Shown: piece after piece, positions 8,635 through 18,044 of the stretch | How positions within the stretch are numbered: the first letter of the stretch is position 1 | Layout: each line of letters starts with the position of its first letter | Source of the DNA: Minisyncoccota bacterium | GTDB lineage: Bacteria > Patescibacteriota > Minisyncoccia > Phycocordibacterales > UBA2100 | Reading direction: 5' to 3' | Assembly (NCBI GenBank): GCA_035708165.1 | Contig: DASSSZ010000003.1 | Span: forward strand, 23,954-87,953 | Length of the DNA: 64,000 nt | The notes under the pieces: generated by a model | Database searches by the model: none | What the model saw: the letters and a program-made list of their open reading frames with translations, nothing else | Told to the model about the DNA's origin: nothing | Position numbers and translations under genes: made by a program

Positions 8635-11001
8635 ATGGATATTTCTAACGAAGCGGGGCTCTCTGAGGCAGACGTCGCGGCAGCGCTCAAGCAATACGGT
8701 CCGAATACGTTACCCGAAAAGAAGAAGAACTGGTTCACGCGGCTGTGGGGGTGGGTCGCCTCGCCGATCACGGTCATGCTGCTCCTCGCGGCAGGCCTCT
8801 CCTGGTACGCCGGCAAGCATGCCGATGCCTGGATCATCCTCGCGCTCTTCGTGGTCAATATCACGATCAGCATCTGGCACGAATGGAAGACCGACGACTC
8901 CATCGCCAAGCTGCAGAAGCGCCTCGAGCTCTCCGTGCGCACCAAGCGCTCGGGGAAATGGGAATGGATCCCCTCGACGCAGCTGGTGCCGGGCGACATC
9001 ATCACCCTCTCGATCGGCGCCGTCGTGCCGGCCGACGCGACGATCCTCAAGGCAGAGAACCTCTCGATCAATGAGTCGGTGCTGACCGGCGAATCGCTCC
9101 CGAAGGAGAAGAAGGTCGACGAGACGGCATACTCCGGCTCGTTCGTCGCGACCGGCTCCGGCGTCGCGCGCGTGACGGCGACCGGCGGCAATACCAACTT
9201 CGGCAAGACGGTCGGGCTCGTGGAGCGCACGAAGCGCCGCAGCGCGCTCGAGACCGATATCCTCACCATCTCGACCGGCATCTCGATCGCGAGCATCGTC
9301 GTGGTCGTGCTGCTCTCCGGGGCGTTCATGTTCTGGCTGCATGCGCCGTGGATCGACCTCGTCACGCTCGATCTCTCGCTCCTCATCGCGGGCATCCCGG
9401 TCGCGCTGCCGACCGTGATGAGCCTCATCGTCTCCGTCGGCGTGGTGCAGCTCGCCAAGAAGCATGTCATCGTGCGGCGGCTCTCCTCGCTCGAGGACCT
9501 GGCCAACGTGGACCTGCTGCTCTCCGATAAGACCGGCACGCTCTCGGAGAACAAGCTGCACATCGAGCAGGTGATCCTCTTCAATGCCGCCTCCGATGAA
9601 GAGGTGATCCAGGAAGCGCTCGATGCGGCGTTCGATACGGAGCGCGACGACTACGGCGTCGCCGTCGCCGCGAAAGCCAAGGAGCTCGGGATCACGCAGC
9701 ACGCGCAGATCGAGGTCCTGCCGGGCGACTCCGAGCGCAAGCGCGGCACCGGCATCATCCAGGGCGAGAGCGGCGAATACGTCGTCTCCTACGGCTCGCC
9801 GCACACCATCCAGTCGCTGTGCGACATGGATGCGAAGGAGACGGAATCGTTCGGGCAGCATCTCACCGAGGCTGCGCAGCAAGGATTCCGCGTGATGGCG
9901 GTCGCCATCAACCGCGCGGGCAGGGATGAGGCGCATATGTCGCTCTCCGGGCTGATGCTCATCTCCGATCGGCTGCATCCGGATGCGCCGGCGGCGATCG
10001 CGTTCATGCGCGAGCACGGCATCGGAGTGAAGATGGTCACCGGCGACAACTTCGAGGTGAGCCGCCGCGCAGCATCCGAGCTCGCGCTCGAAGGGACGAT
10101 CTACCGCCGCGACGTGCTCGACCAGGGGAAGGAAGCGATCGCGTCGGTGCTGCCGGACGCAGCCGGCTTCGCGGAAGTCCTGCCGAAGGACAAGTTCGCT
10201 ATCGTGCAGGCGGCGCGGCTCGGGCACATCGTGGCCGTGACCGGCGACGGCATCAACGACCTGCCGGCCGTGCACGAGGCGGATGTGGGCTTCGCGGTCG
10301 CGAACGCGGTGGACGCCTTGAAGACCACGGCGGACATCGTCCTGCTCGAGAATGGCGTGTCGCGCATCCGGGACGCGATCATCGAGGCGCGCCAGATCTT
10401 CTTCCGGCTCGGCAATTATGCGCTCTACCGCATCTCGGAGAGCTTCCGCGTCATCATCACGATCGCGGTGCTCGGCATCCTCTACCGCACGTACCCGCTC
10501 GTGCCGGTGCAGCTGATCGTGCTCGCGTTCCTCAACGACGTGCCGATCATCACGCTCGCGTTCGATCGCGTGAAGCAGGCTGCGAAGCCGCAGCACGTGG
10601 ATATCATCGGGCGCTTCGCCCTGGGCGGCATGTTCGGGCTCGCGGGGATCGGCAACAGTCTCATCATGTTCTTCATCATGTTCAGCATGCTGCACCTGCC
10701 ATGGGGGCAGATCGAGACGCTGTTCTTCCTCAAGCTCGTCGTTTCCGGGCACATGCTCATCTACGTGGCGCATACGAGCGAGCGATGGTGGAAGTTCCTG
10801 CCGAGCTGGCAGGTGATCGCCGCAACGCTCACCACGCAGGCCGTCGCGACCGCCTTCGCGTACTTCGGCATCTTCACCGATCCGGTCCCGCTCTCGCTCA
10901 TTGCCCTCATCTGGGCGTGGTCGTTCCTCTGGATGCAGATCTCCGAGGGGATGAAGCCGCTCCGGCTCGCGATCATGGGACGCGCACACCCAGCGCATTA
11001 G
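8635..11001 (+). CDS. P-type ATPase (type IIIA, H+/Mg2+-ATPase-like)
   Basis: DKTGTLSEN phosphorylation motif, TGES actuator motif, VTGDGINDLPAVHEADVGFAV hinge motif, ten TM. Confidence 0.9.
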   Translation: MDISNEAGLSEADVAAALKQYGPNTLPEKKKNWFTRLWGWVASPITVMLLLAAGLSWYAGKHADAWIILALFVVNITISIWHEWKTDDSIAKLQKRLELSVRTKRSGKWEWIPSTQLVPGDIITLSIGAVVPADATILKAENLSINESVLTGESLPKEKKVDETAYSGSFVATGSGVARVTATGGNTNFGKTVGLVERTKRRSALETDILTISTGISIASIVVVVLLSGAFMFWLHAPWIDLVTLDLSLLIAGIPVALPTVMSLIVSVGVVQLAKKHVIVRRLSSLEDLANVDLLLSDKTGTLSENKLHIEQVILFNAASDEEVIQEALDAAFDTERDDYGVAVAAKAKELGITQHAQIEVLPGDSERKRGTGIIQGESGEYVVSYGSPHTIQSLCDMDAKETESFGQHLTEAAQQGFRVMAVAINRAGRDEAHMSLSGLMLISDRLHPDAPAAIAFMREHGIGVKMVTGDNFEVSRRAASELALEGTIYRRDVLDQGKEAIASVLPDAAGFAEVLPKDKFAIVQAARLGHIVAVTGDGINDLPAVHEADVGFAVANAVDALKTTADIVLLENGVSRIRDAIIEARQIFFRLGNYALYRISESFRVIITIAVLGILYRTYPLVPVQLIVLAFLNDVPIITLAFDRVKQAAKPQHVDIIGRFALGGMFGLAGIGNSLIMFFIMFSMLHLPWGQIETLFFLKLVVSGHMLIYVAHTSERWWKFLPSWQVIAATLTTQAVATAFAYFGIFTDPVPLSLIALIWAWSFLWMQISEGMKPLRLAIMGRAHPAH

Positions 11002-11031
11002 GATCCGTCCGCGCACGGTATACTTGCCGGT

Positions 11032-11322
11032 ATGGATCCCACCCGCGAATCTGAGCTCGAGCTGCGGCTCGCGCGCATGGAAGGCACGATCGACGATCTC
11101 TCGAAGGACGTCCGCCGGATGCGCATCTACTCGCAGATCACCTTCTGGGGCGGCTTGCTCCTGTTCCTCGGGCCGATGCTCATCCTGCCGTTCGCGCTCC
11201 CGTTCTTCCTCTCGAACTACCTCGGCACGCTGTCGCTCCCGGACGACTCGGGGAGCAGCGGCGCAAGCGGGCAGGTGAGCGCGCAGGACCTCGAGCAGGC
11301 CTTGGGACAGCTCGGCTTCTAG
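11032..11322 (+). CDS. hypothetical small membrane protein
   Basis: 96-aa ORF with one TM segment. No recognised domain. Confidence 0.4.
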   Translation: MDPTRESELELRLARMEGTIDDLSKDVRRMRIYSQITFWGGLLLFLGPMLILPFALPFFLSNYLGTLSLPDDSGSSGASGQVSAQDLEQALGQLGF

Positions 11323-11373
11323 TGTGGAGAGCGGCTGGCGCAGCGAGGGCGCCTGCGCTACGATAGACGCATC

Positions 11374-11880
11374 ATGAAACAGGCACTCGGCATCGCCGTA
11401 GCGCTGCTGCTCATCGGGCTCGGGTTCGTCATCTATGCGACGGGCCGCGACGTGCCTGCCGCGGACGCCTTGTCCGCGACCGCGACGCCGGAAGCATCGT
11501 TCGCGTACGCGAACGCGACTGCGGACGACATCGTCGTGGATGCGCCGCGCCCCGGCGCAGCGAGCGGCCGCACCGTCACGATCACCGGCGTGGCGCGGGG
11601 GACGTGGTACTTCGAGGCGAGCTTCCCGGCGAAGCTCGTGGCAGCCGATGGCACGACCACGCTCGCGCAGGCGGCGGCCCAGGCGCAGGGGGATTGGATG
11701 ACGACCGGCCTCGTCCCGTTCTCCGTGTCGCTCGATGCGGGAAGCTACCAGGGCCCCGCGACCATCGTGCTCTCGCGCGACAACCCGAGCGGGCTGCCGA
11801 CGTCCGATGCGAGCGTCTCGTTCCCCGTCACGATCGAAGGCGCTGCCACGGGCACCGCGACATCGAGCGCGCTGCGCTAG
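11374..11880 (+). CDS. Gmad2 immunoglobulin-like domain protein, membrane-anchored
   Basis: N-terminal TM anchor, GTWYFEASFPAKLVAADGTT pattern of the Gmad2 domain. Confidence 0.55.
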   Translation: MKQALGIAVALLLIGLGFVIYATGRDVPAADALSATATPEASFAYANATADDIVVDAPRPGAASGRTVTITGVARGTWYFEASFPAKLVAADGTTTLAQAAAQAQGDWMTTGLVPFSVSLDAGSYQGPATIVLSRDNPSGLPTSDASVSFPVTIEGAATGTATSSALR

Positions 11881-11909
11881 CTGCCTCCGGCATACGGTAT
11901 ACTAGGCCT

Positions 11910-12713
11910 ATGAGCCTGCTCGCACGCTTCTCCGCAATCGATTCGGAAGACAAGGCGCACGCGATCGAGTCGCTCGTCACGAGCTCAACGCCCGATTTCG
12001 ATTTCTTCTTCATGATGACGATGGCCGTCCTCATGACGACCCTCGGCCTCCTCGCGGATAGCGAGACGGTCGTCATCGGCAGCATGCTGATCGCTCCCTT
12101 GCTCTTCCCGCTGCTCGGCATCTCGCTCGGGCTCTCGATGGCCGACTACCGCCTCATCGCGCGCTCAGGCGTGACGCTCGTCAAGGCGGGCGTGCTCGCA
12201 ATCGCCGCGGCGGCCATCGCGACCCTGCTCTTCTCCTTCGCGTACACGGCCGACGGCGCGGGCGCGGAGAATGCGGTGGTGCTCGCGCGCACGCACCCCT
12301 CGCTTCTCTATCTCGCGGTGGGTATCATCGCGGGGCTCGCAGTCGCCTACGCGCAGGCGCGTCCGCGGCTCTCGGCGGCGCTGCCGGGGGTCGCGATCTC
12401 GGTCGCGCTCATCCCGCCCTTGGCCGTGGTCGGCGTGGGGCTCGCGCACCTCGACCTCGCGGTCGCGTTCGGCGCCCTGGTCATGTTCCTCATCAATGTG
12501 CTCGGGATCGTGGCTGCCTCGATGATCGTGTTCTCGCTCATGAACGTGCGCGAGGAGCAGCGCGCCGCGCAGAAGGCGATCGTGCGGGAAGACCGGCGCC
12601 TGGAGAAGGAAGAGGCGAAAGTCGCGGCCGCCGACGTCGAGCGCGCACTCGCGAGCGTCACCGAGGCGCCGGTGCTGCCGGCAGACGCGCCGCACGGGGA
12701 ATCCGCGGCATAG
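11910..12713 (+). CDS. DUF389 family membrane protein
   Basis: ATG at 11910 inside ORF 11604..12713. Multi-TM with VALIPPLAVVGVGLA segment typical of DUF389. Confidence 0.65.
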   Translation: MSLLARFSAIDSEDKAHAIESLVTSSTPDFDFFFMMTMAVLMTTLGLLADSETVVIGSMLIAPLLFPLLGISLGLSMADYRLIARSGVTLVKAGVLAIAAAAIATLLFSFAYTADGAGAENAVVLARTHPSLLYLAVGIIAGLAVAYAQARPRLSAALPGVAISVALIPPLAVVGVGLAHLDLAVAFGALVMFLINVLGIVAASMIVFSLMNVREEQRAAQKAIVREDRRLEKEEAKVAAADVERALASVTEAPVLPADAPHGESAA

Positions 12714-12737
12714 CCAGGGATCCCTGCCAGCACCCGC

Positions 12738-12762
12738 AGCCGCACGCCCGCAGCGTGCGGCT
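12738..12762 (+). terminator. hairpin after DUF389 gene
   Basis: AGCCGCACG-CCCGCAG-CGTGCGGCT. Confidence 0.5.
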
Positions 12763-12816
12763 TATGCCATACCGGACGTTGTGAGTCAATCAGCATGCAG
12801 GGAGTATGATGGAGGC

Positions 12817-13953
12817 ATGGAACCGCTTGCCGCGCGCATCCGCCCCGACTCGCTCGAGGCATTCGTGGGCCAGGAGCACCTCACGGGCCCGGGCAAGCCG
12901 CTGCGCGTCGCGATCGAGAAGAAGGAGCTCTTTTCGTTCATCCTCTGGGGACCGCCGGGCTGCGGCAAGACCACGCTCGCGCGCATCTACGCCAACGCCT
13001 TGGGCGCCGAGTTCCACGAGCTCTCGGCCGTGGACGCCGGCAAGGAGGACCTCAAGAAGCTCATCAAGGCCGGGCAGCTCAACTTCAGCGGCACGCCTTT
13101 GGTGATCTTCATCGATGAGATCCATCGCTTCAACAAGGCGCAGCAGGATTTCCTCCTGCCGTTCGTGGAGAACGGCACCATCACGCTGATCGGCGCGACG
13201 ACGGAGAACCCGTCCTTCGAGGTGATCTCGGCGCTCCTCTCGCGGTGCCGCGTGTTCGTGCTGCACGAGCTCACGGATGATGACATGAAGAAAGTGCTCG
13301 CGCGGGCGAACGCCCGGCTCTCGAAGGCGGCGGCCGATTGGCTGGTCGGCATGGCGCAGGGCGATGCGCGCGCGGCGCTCACGATCCTCGAGGCCGCGCA
13401 GAAGCTCTACGGGAAGGTCACGGTCGGGACGCTCACGGAAGCAGCGCAATCCGCGTACCTGCGCTACGACAAGAAAGGCGAGGAGCACTACAACGTGATC
13501 TCCGCGTTCATCAAGAGCATGCGCGCGAGCCAGGCGGATGCGGCCATCTACTACCTCGCGCGCATGGTCGAGGCAGGGGAGGATCCGAAGTTCATCGCGC
13601 GGCGGATGGTCATCTTCGCATCCGAGGATATCGGGCTCGCGGTGCCGACCGCGCTCGTGGTCGCGAACGAGGTCTTCCGCGCGGTCGAGACGATCGGCTA
13701 CCCGGAGTGTGCGATCAATCTCGCGCACGGCGTCGCGTACCTCTCGGAGTGCGCGAAGGACCGCCGCGCATACGATGCGCTGCGCGCCGCGCAAGCGGAC
13801 GTGAAGAAGCTCGGCGCCTTGCCGGTGCCGCTCAAGATCAGGAACGCGCCGACGAAGCTCATGAAGGAGCTCGAGTACGGGAAGGGATACGAGAAGTACG
13901 ATGCCGAGTCGTACCTGCCGGAGAAGCTGAAAGGGAAGAAGTACATGCCGTGA
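12817..13953 (+). CDS. rarA: replication-associated recombination protein A (AAA+ ATPase)
   Basis: Walker A GPPGCGKTT, FIDEIHRFNKAQQDFLLPFVE, C-terminal MgsA helical domains. ATG 12817 with GGAGG upstream. Confidence 0.9.
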   Translation: MEPLAARIRPDSLEAFVGQEHLTGPGKPLRVAIEKKELFSFILWGPPGCGKTTLARIYANALGAEFHELSAVDAGKEDLKKLIKAGQLNFSGTPLVIFIDEIHRFNKAQQDFLLPFVENGTITLIGATTENPSFEVISALLSRCRVFVLHELTDDDMKKVLARANARLSKAAADWLVGMAQGDARAALTILEAAQKLYGKVTVGTLTEAAQSAYLRYDKKGEEHYNVISAFIKSMRASQADAAIYYLARMVEAGEDPKFIARRMVIFASEDIGLAVPTALVVANEVFRAVETIGYPECAINLAHGVAYLSECAKDRRAYDALRAAQADVKKLGALPVPLKIRNAPTKLMKELEYGKGYEKYDAESYLPEKLKGKKYMP

Positions 13954-14202
13954 GGCGAACGAAGCCCGGCCAATGCCGTGCTTGCGGGCAGGGCGGCGCT
14001 CAGCGCCTCCCTGAGGAGGGTGTGCCTGAGAGCCGCGCGGAGCCGTCTGCCGTTCGAGCCAGACGGAGCGTCCCTTGCGCTCCATGCGCGCATTCCTGCG
14101 CTGCCGCGTGCGTGATCTGCGAGCCATCAGGTCTCTGTACCGGCGCGCAGTATGCCATGCCTCCCGCTCTGCCGGAAGCCTTCGCCGTGCTACGATGCCG
14201 GC

Positions 14203-14871
14203 ATGAAGGACCTCGAAGAGCGAGCGACGCGCGCGAAGCGGATCGTCGCCTACCTCAAGAAGGCATACCCGGAACCGAAGAGCGAGCTTGCCTTCAACGC
14301 GCGCTACCCGTTCCAGTTCCTCGTCGCGGTCATGCTTTCCGCCCAGTGCACCGATAAGGCGGTGAACAAGGTGACCGCGACGCTCTTCAAGAAATACAAG
14401 ACGCCGAAGGATTTCGCGTCTGCCGACCCGGCTGCCTTCGCCGCGGAGATCAGCGCGATCCCGTTCTACAACAACAAGGCGAAGGCAATCATCGGCGCGG
14501 CGAAGAAGATCGTGGCCGAGTACGGCGGGAAGGTCCCGGCCGATCGGGCGGCGCTCGAGAGCCTGCCCGGCGTCGCCTACAAGACCGCGAACGTCGTCAT
14601 GGGCGAGCTCTTCGATATATGGGAGGGCATCCCCACGGATACGCACGTGAAGCGCTTCGCCAAGCGCTTCGACCTCACAGACAACGATGACCTTACGAAG
14701 ATCTCGAAGGATCTCGAGAGCCTCATCCCCAAGAAGGACTGGAAGTACGTGAATAACGGCCTCGTGCTCTACGGACGCTACGTGTGCCCGGCGCGCCCGC
14801 ACCCGTGCGAAGCGCATCCCTTGACGAAGCTCTGGCCGCTGGCCGCGACGCGCTGGCCTAAGGCGAAGTAG
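14203..14871 (+). CDS. nth: endonuclease III-like DNA glycosylase (HhH-GPD)
   Basis: HhH motif LPGVAYKTANVVM, LSAQCTDKAVNKVT. Only two C-terminal Cys (CPARPHPC), so the FeS loop is atypical. Confidence 0.8.
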   Translation: MKDLEERATRAKRIVAYLKKAYPEPKSELAFNARYPFQFLVAVMLSAQCTDKAVNKVTATLFKKYKTPKDFASADPAAFAAEISAIPFYNNKAKAIIGAAKKIVAEYGGKVPADRAALESLPGVAYKTANVVMGELFDIWEGIPTDTHVKRFAKRFDLTDNDDLTKISKDLESLIPKKDWKYVNNGLVLYGRYVCPARPHPCEAHPLTKLWPLAATRWPKAK

Positions 14872-14939
14872 CCGCAGCTCATTCACGGTTCATCAGGGAA
14901 GGGTACCGTAGTGCGTATTACCCGCTCACTACACACGCT

Positions 14940-15431
14940 ATGGCGACGAAGAAGGAGACATACCTCGACTGGCTGCGCGATGCGCATGCCATGGAGGAGA
15001 CGCTCGTGAAGGTCCTCGAGAAGCAGGTCGAGGAAGTGCCGGCAGATATGGGTGCCGCGAAGCAGAAGATCGAGGAGCACCTCGAGGCGACGCGCGGGCA
15101 TGCCGAGAAGGTCGCGGCATGCCTCGAGCGCAACGGCGGCTCAGTCTCAGACGCGAAGGACCTGTTCGGGAAGCTCAATGCCGGCATCCAGGGCCTCGGG
15201 ATGAGCATGATGAGCGACAAGCTCGTGAAGAACGTGCACACCTCGTACGCTGCGGAGCACTTCGAGATCGCGACATATTCGATCATCAAGGCTGCGGCAG
15301 AAGAGGTGGGCGATGTCGAAGGCGCGGACATGTGCGATGCGATCATCGCGGATGAGGAAGATATGGCCGACTGGCTCCTCGATCAGCTGCCGGTCGTCTC
15401 GAGCGATTACATCGCGTCGCTCGAAAGCTAG
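14940..15431 (+). CDS. ferritin-like YciE/DUF892 family protein
   Basis: YAAEHFEIATYSIIKAAAEEVGD motif of DUF892. Confidence 0.7.
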   Translation: MATKKETYLDWLRDAHAMEETLVKVLEKQVEEVPADMGAAKQKIEEHLEATRGHAEKVAACLERNGGSVSDAKDLFGKLNAGIQGLGMSMMSDKLVKNVHTSYAAEHFEIATYSIIKAAAEEVGDVEGADMCDAIIADEEDMADWLLDQLPVVSSDYIASLES

Positions 15432-15459
15432 GCTGTGCCTGCGGGATCGGAATGGGAAC

Positions 15460-15481
15460 GGCCAGCACGCGCGTGCTGGCC
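15460..15481. terminator. 22-bp perfect palindrome downstream of yciE-like gene
   Basis: GGCCAGCACGC/GCGTGCTGGCC. Confidence 0.55.
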
Positions 15482-15778
15482 GTAGGGCTGGTGAGCCGTT
15501 TCATTGCGTGCCGCGGATGGCGCCTGTTTCGGCGATATCCCGGTCGCGATCGGTGTCGATCGAGCCTTGGGCGGCATCAGTGTCATGCCGTCTCGAGGCA
15601 GGCGTATCGTAGGAAAGACCTGCAGGGAACCCGTTGAGTGCCGTATGCGGGTCTTTCGGCATGTACGGCCGGCTTGCGCCCGGGCGGATACCGTCGTCGC
15701 TCGAAGTAGCCACATCATCCTCCTTCTTCCTGGATTCACTATAGGGGCTGCCGGGAGAGCCGGCAAGCGGATAGAGAC

Positions 15779-15802
15779 GGCCGCCTGCACGTGCAGGCGG
15801 CC
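15779..15802. terminator. 24-bp perfect palindrome downstream of minus-strand ORF 15817..16104
   Basis: GGCCGCCTGCAC/GTGCAGGCGGCC. Confidence 0.55.
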
Positions 15803-15816
15803 GATCTGGCGCAGGG

Positions 15817-16104
15817 CTAGGCAGTGATGCCGCGCTCCCGCAGGAAGGTGCGCCAGTACTGAGACGAACGCGCATCCTGCGAGCCGAAGGCGGCGAAGCC
15901 GATTTCCTTCATCTCGATAGTGATCACGCCGGATCTCTCAGAGAGGCTCGCGAAGGAATAGCGGCGCGGTGCGGCGAGCATCCGCCGGACGCGGCTGATC
16001 TCATCGGCATGCTGCGATTGCCAGAGGCGATTCCGGATACGGCGATCGTGGCTGTTCATCGGTACCCCCTTGTACGACTGCACATACGGTACGATGAAAC
16101 GCAT
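15817..16104 (-). CDS. hypothetical small protein
   Basis: 95-aa ORF (alternative start MNSHD at 16059), bounded by a palindromic terminator at 15779..15802. No domain recognised. Confidence 0.35.
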   Translation of the reverse strand: MRFIVPYVQSYKGVPMNSHDRRIRNRLWQSQHADEISRVRRMLAAPRRYSFASLSERSGVITIEMKEIGFAAFGSQDARSSQYWRTFLRERGITA

Positions 16105-16149
16105 GCCTGGTCAATGATGTGCCGATTCGCCGAGAGGTATCATGAACCC

Positions 16150-16839
16150 ATGGCCAAGCGGCGCGTCGCAGTGTTCGATGTGGACGGCACGATCTTCCGC
16201 TCGAGCTTCCTCGTCCAGATCGTCGAGGAGCTCATCGACGAGGGGCACTTCCCGATGGAAGCCGCATTCGAGTACGAGGAGGAGCGGCAGAAGTGGCTCG
16301 ATCGCGAGGGCGATTACGAAGCCTATATTGGCGCGATGGTGCAGACCTTCCGGACGCACCTCAAGGGCGTGCACTACAGCGCCTTCGCCGATGCGGCGAC
16401 GCACGTCACGGATGCGCAGTGGAAGCATACGTACCGCTACACGCGCGACCTCATCGCGGACCTGAAGAAGAACGGCTATTACCTGCTCGCGATCAGCCAC
16501 TCGCCGAAGACGATCCTCGACAAGTTCTGCCCCAGGCTCGGGTTCGATAAGACCTACGGCCTCATCTACGAGATCGGGCCGAACGACCGCTTCACCGGCG
16601 CCGTCGCGGATGAGCACCTCATCCTCAATAAGGCGGCCATCCTGCATCGTGCAGTCGAGAAGGAGGACCTCACGCTCGCGCACTCGGTCGGCGTGGGTGA
16701 CACGGAGAGCGATATCCCGTTCCTCGACGAGGTCGCGAAGCCGATCTGCTTCAACCCCAACGCGAAGCTCTATAAGTACGCGCGCAGGATGAAGTGGAAG
16801 GTGGTAGTGGAACGCAAGGACGTGGTCTACGAGCTCTGA
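16150..16839 (+). CDS. HAD-IB family hydrolase (phosphoserine-phosphatase-like)
   Basis: VAVFDVDGTIF motif I, SHSPK motif II, GVGDTESDIPFL motif IV. Start ATG 16150. Confidence 0.8.
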   Translation: MAKRRVAVFDVDGTIFRSSFLVQIVEELIDEGHFPMEAAFEYEEERQKWLDREGDYEAYIGAMVQTFRTHLKGVHYSAFADAATHVTDAQWKHTYRYTRDLIADLKKNGYYLLAISHSPKTILDKFCPRLGFDKTYGLIYEIGPNDRFTGAVADEHLILNKAAILHRAVEKEDLTLAHSVGVGDTESDIPFLDEVAKPICFNPNAKLYKYARRMKWKVVVERKDVVYEL

Positions 16840-16948
16840 GCGAGGGCAGCCGCACGTGTCTCGCTGCGGGCCCGAGCTGCCGCGGCGTTTGGGCTGAAGG
16901 GATCTGCGCATGTGGAAGCCCGCGCTCATTTCCCGTATACTTGCTGCC

Positions 16949-17185
16949 ATGAAGCAGCTCCGCCGTTCCCGCGACAATCGCGTCCTCGCCGGCGTCATGG
17001 GCGGCATCGGCCGGTATTTCGATATCGATCCTACGCTCGTCCGGCTCGCCTATCTCCTCATCGCGCTCGCGACAGGCCTTCTGCCGGCGATCATCGCATA
17101 CGTCGTCGCCATCTTCGTCATCCCGGACGATACGCCGACCTACCATGTCATCGACGAGGATCGCGACGACGCGCAGCGCAGCTAG
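16949..17185 (+). CDS. PspC domain-containing protein
   Basis: RSRDNRVLAGVMGGIGRYFDIDPTLVRLAYLL is the PspC N-terminal domain signature. Confidence 0.6.
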   Translation: MKQLRRSRDNRVLAGVMGGIGRYFDIDPTLVRLAYLLIALATGLLPAIIAYVVAIFVIPDDTPTYHVIDEDRDDAQRS

Positions 17186-17993
17186 CGCGGCTCGGATCCG
17201 CCGCCTGCGCGAGACGGTGCTCGCGTACTACCAGGCGCACGGCCGGCACGACCTGCCCTGGCGGCACACCGCCTCGGCGTACCGCATCATGGTCTCGGAG
17301 GTGATGCTCCAGCAGACGCAGGTGCCGCGCGTGATCGAGAAGTACCGTGCATTCACGAAGGCATTCCCGACGGTGCGCGCGCTCGCCGAGGCGCCGCTTG
17401 CGGACGTGCTGCGCGCCTGGAGCGGGCTCGGGTATAACCGGCGCGCAAAGTACCTGCACGAGGCGGCGAAGCGGGTCGTCGCCGAGCACGGCGGCAGGAT
17501 GCCCACGACGGCTGCGGCGCTCGAGGCGCTGCCCGGCATCGGCCCGTATACCGCGCGCGCAATCGCCGCGTTCGCGTACGACGCGCCCGGCACCTTCATC
17601 GAGACGAACATCCGCGCCGTCTTCATCCACCACTGCTTCCCGGGACGCGACGCGGTCGCCGACGCCGAGCTCCTGCCCTTGATCGAGCGGGCAGGGCAGG
17701 GGCTCTCGCCGCGCCTGTGGTACAGCGCCCTCATGGATTACGGCACGCACCTCAAGCAGACGAGCGGCAACGCCGCCCGCCGCAGCAAGCACCACGTGCG
17801 GCAGCAGCGGTTCGAAGGGTCGCTGCGTCAGGCGCGCGGTGCGATCCTGCGCGCGCTCGCGGACGGCCCCGTGCGCGAAGCGGCGCTCCTAGGAGCGCTC
17901 GGGCAGCCGCCGGAGCAGCTCGAGCGCGCGCTCGCGGGGCTTGCGAAAGACGGCCTCATCGCGAAGCAGGGTACCCGCTGGCAGCTCGCCTGA
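17145..17993 (+). CDS. MutY/Nth-like HhH-GPD DNA glycosylase (no FeS or NUDIX C-terminal domain seen)
   Basis: WRHTASAYRIMVSEVMLQQTQVPRV, GLGYNRRAKYLHEAAK and ALPGIGPYTARAI match MutY N-terminal catalytic domain motifs. Confidence 0.75.
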   Translation: MSSTRIATTRSAASAARIRRLRETVLAYYQAHGRHDLPWRHTASAYRIMVSEVMLQQTQVPRVIEKYRAFTKAFPTVRALAEAPLADVLRAWSGLGYNRRAKYLHEAAKRVVAEHGGRMPTTAAALEALPGIGPYTARAIAAFAYDAPGTFIETNIRAVFIHHCFPGRDAVADAELLPLIERAGQGLSPRLWYSALMDYGTHLKQTSGNAARRSKHHVRQQRFEGSLRQARGAILRALADGPVREAALLGALGQPPEQLERALAGLAKDGLIAKQGTRWQLA

Positions 17994-17996
17994 GCT

Positions 17997-18036
17997 GGTG
18001 CTCATGAGCATGCTACTGAGCATGCTCATGAGCACC
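17997..18036. terminator. 40-nt perfect hairpin between convergent mutY-like and MFS genes
   Basis: 18-bp stem GGTGCTCATGAGCATGCT/AGCATGCTCATGAGCACC, loop ACTG. Confidence 0.7.
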
Positions 18037-18044
18037 GCGCTTCA

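Noticed and set aside
8710-11016. 768-aa minus-strand ORF antisense to the P-type ATPase
   Set aside because: Arg/Asp/His-rich low-complexity translation. The plus strand encodes a canonical P-type ATPase.
12790-14886. 698-aa minus ORF antisense to rarA and nth
   Set aside because: Shadow ORF. Plus-strand genes have clear Walker and HhH motifs.
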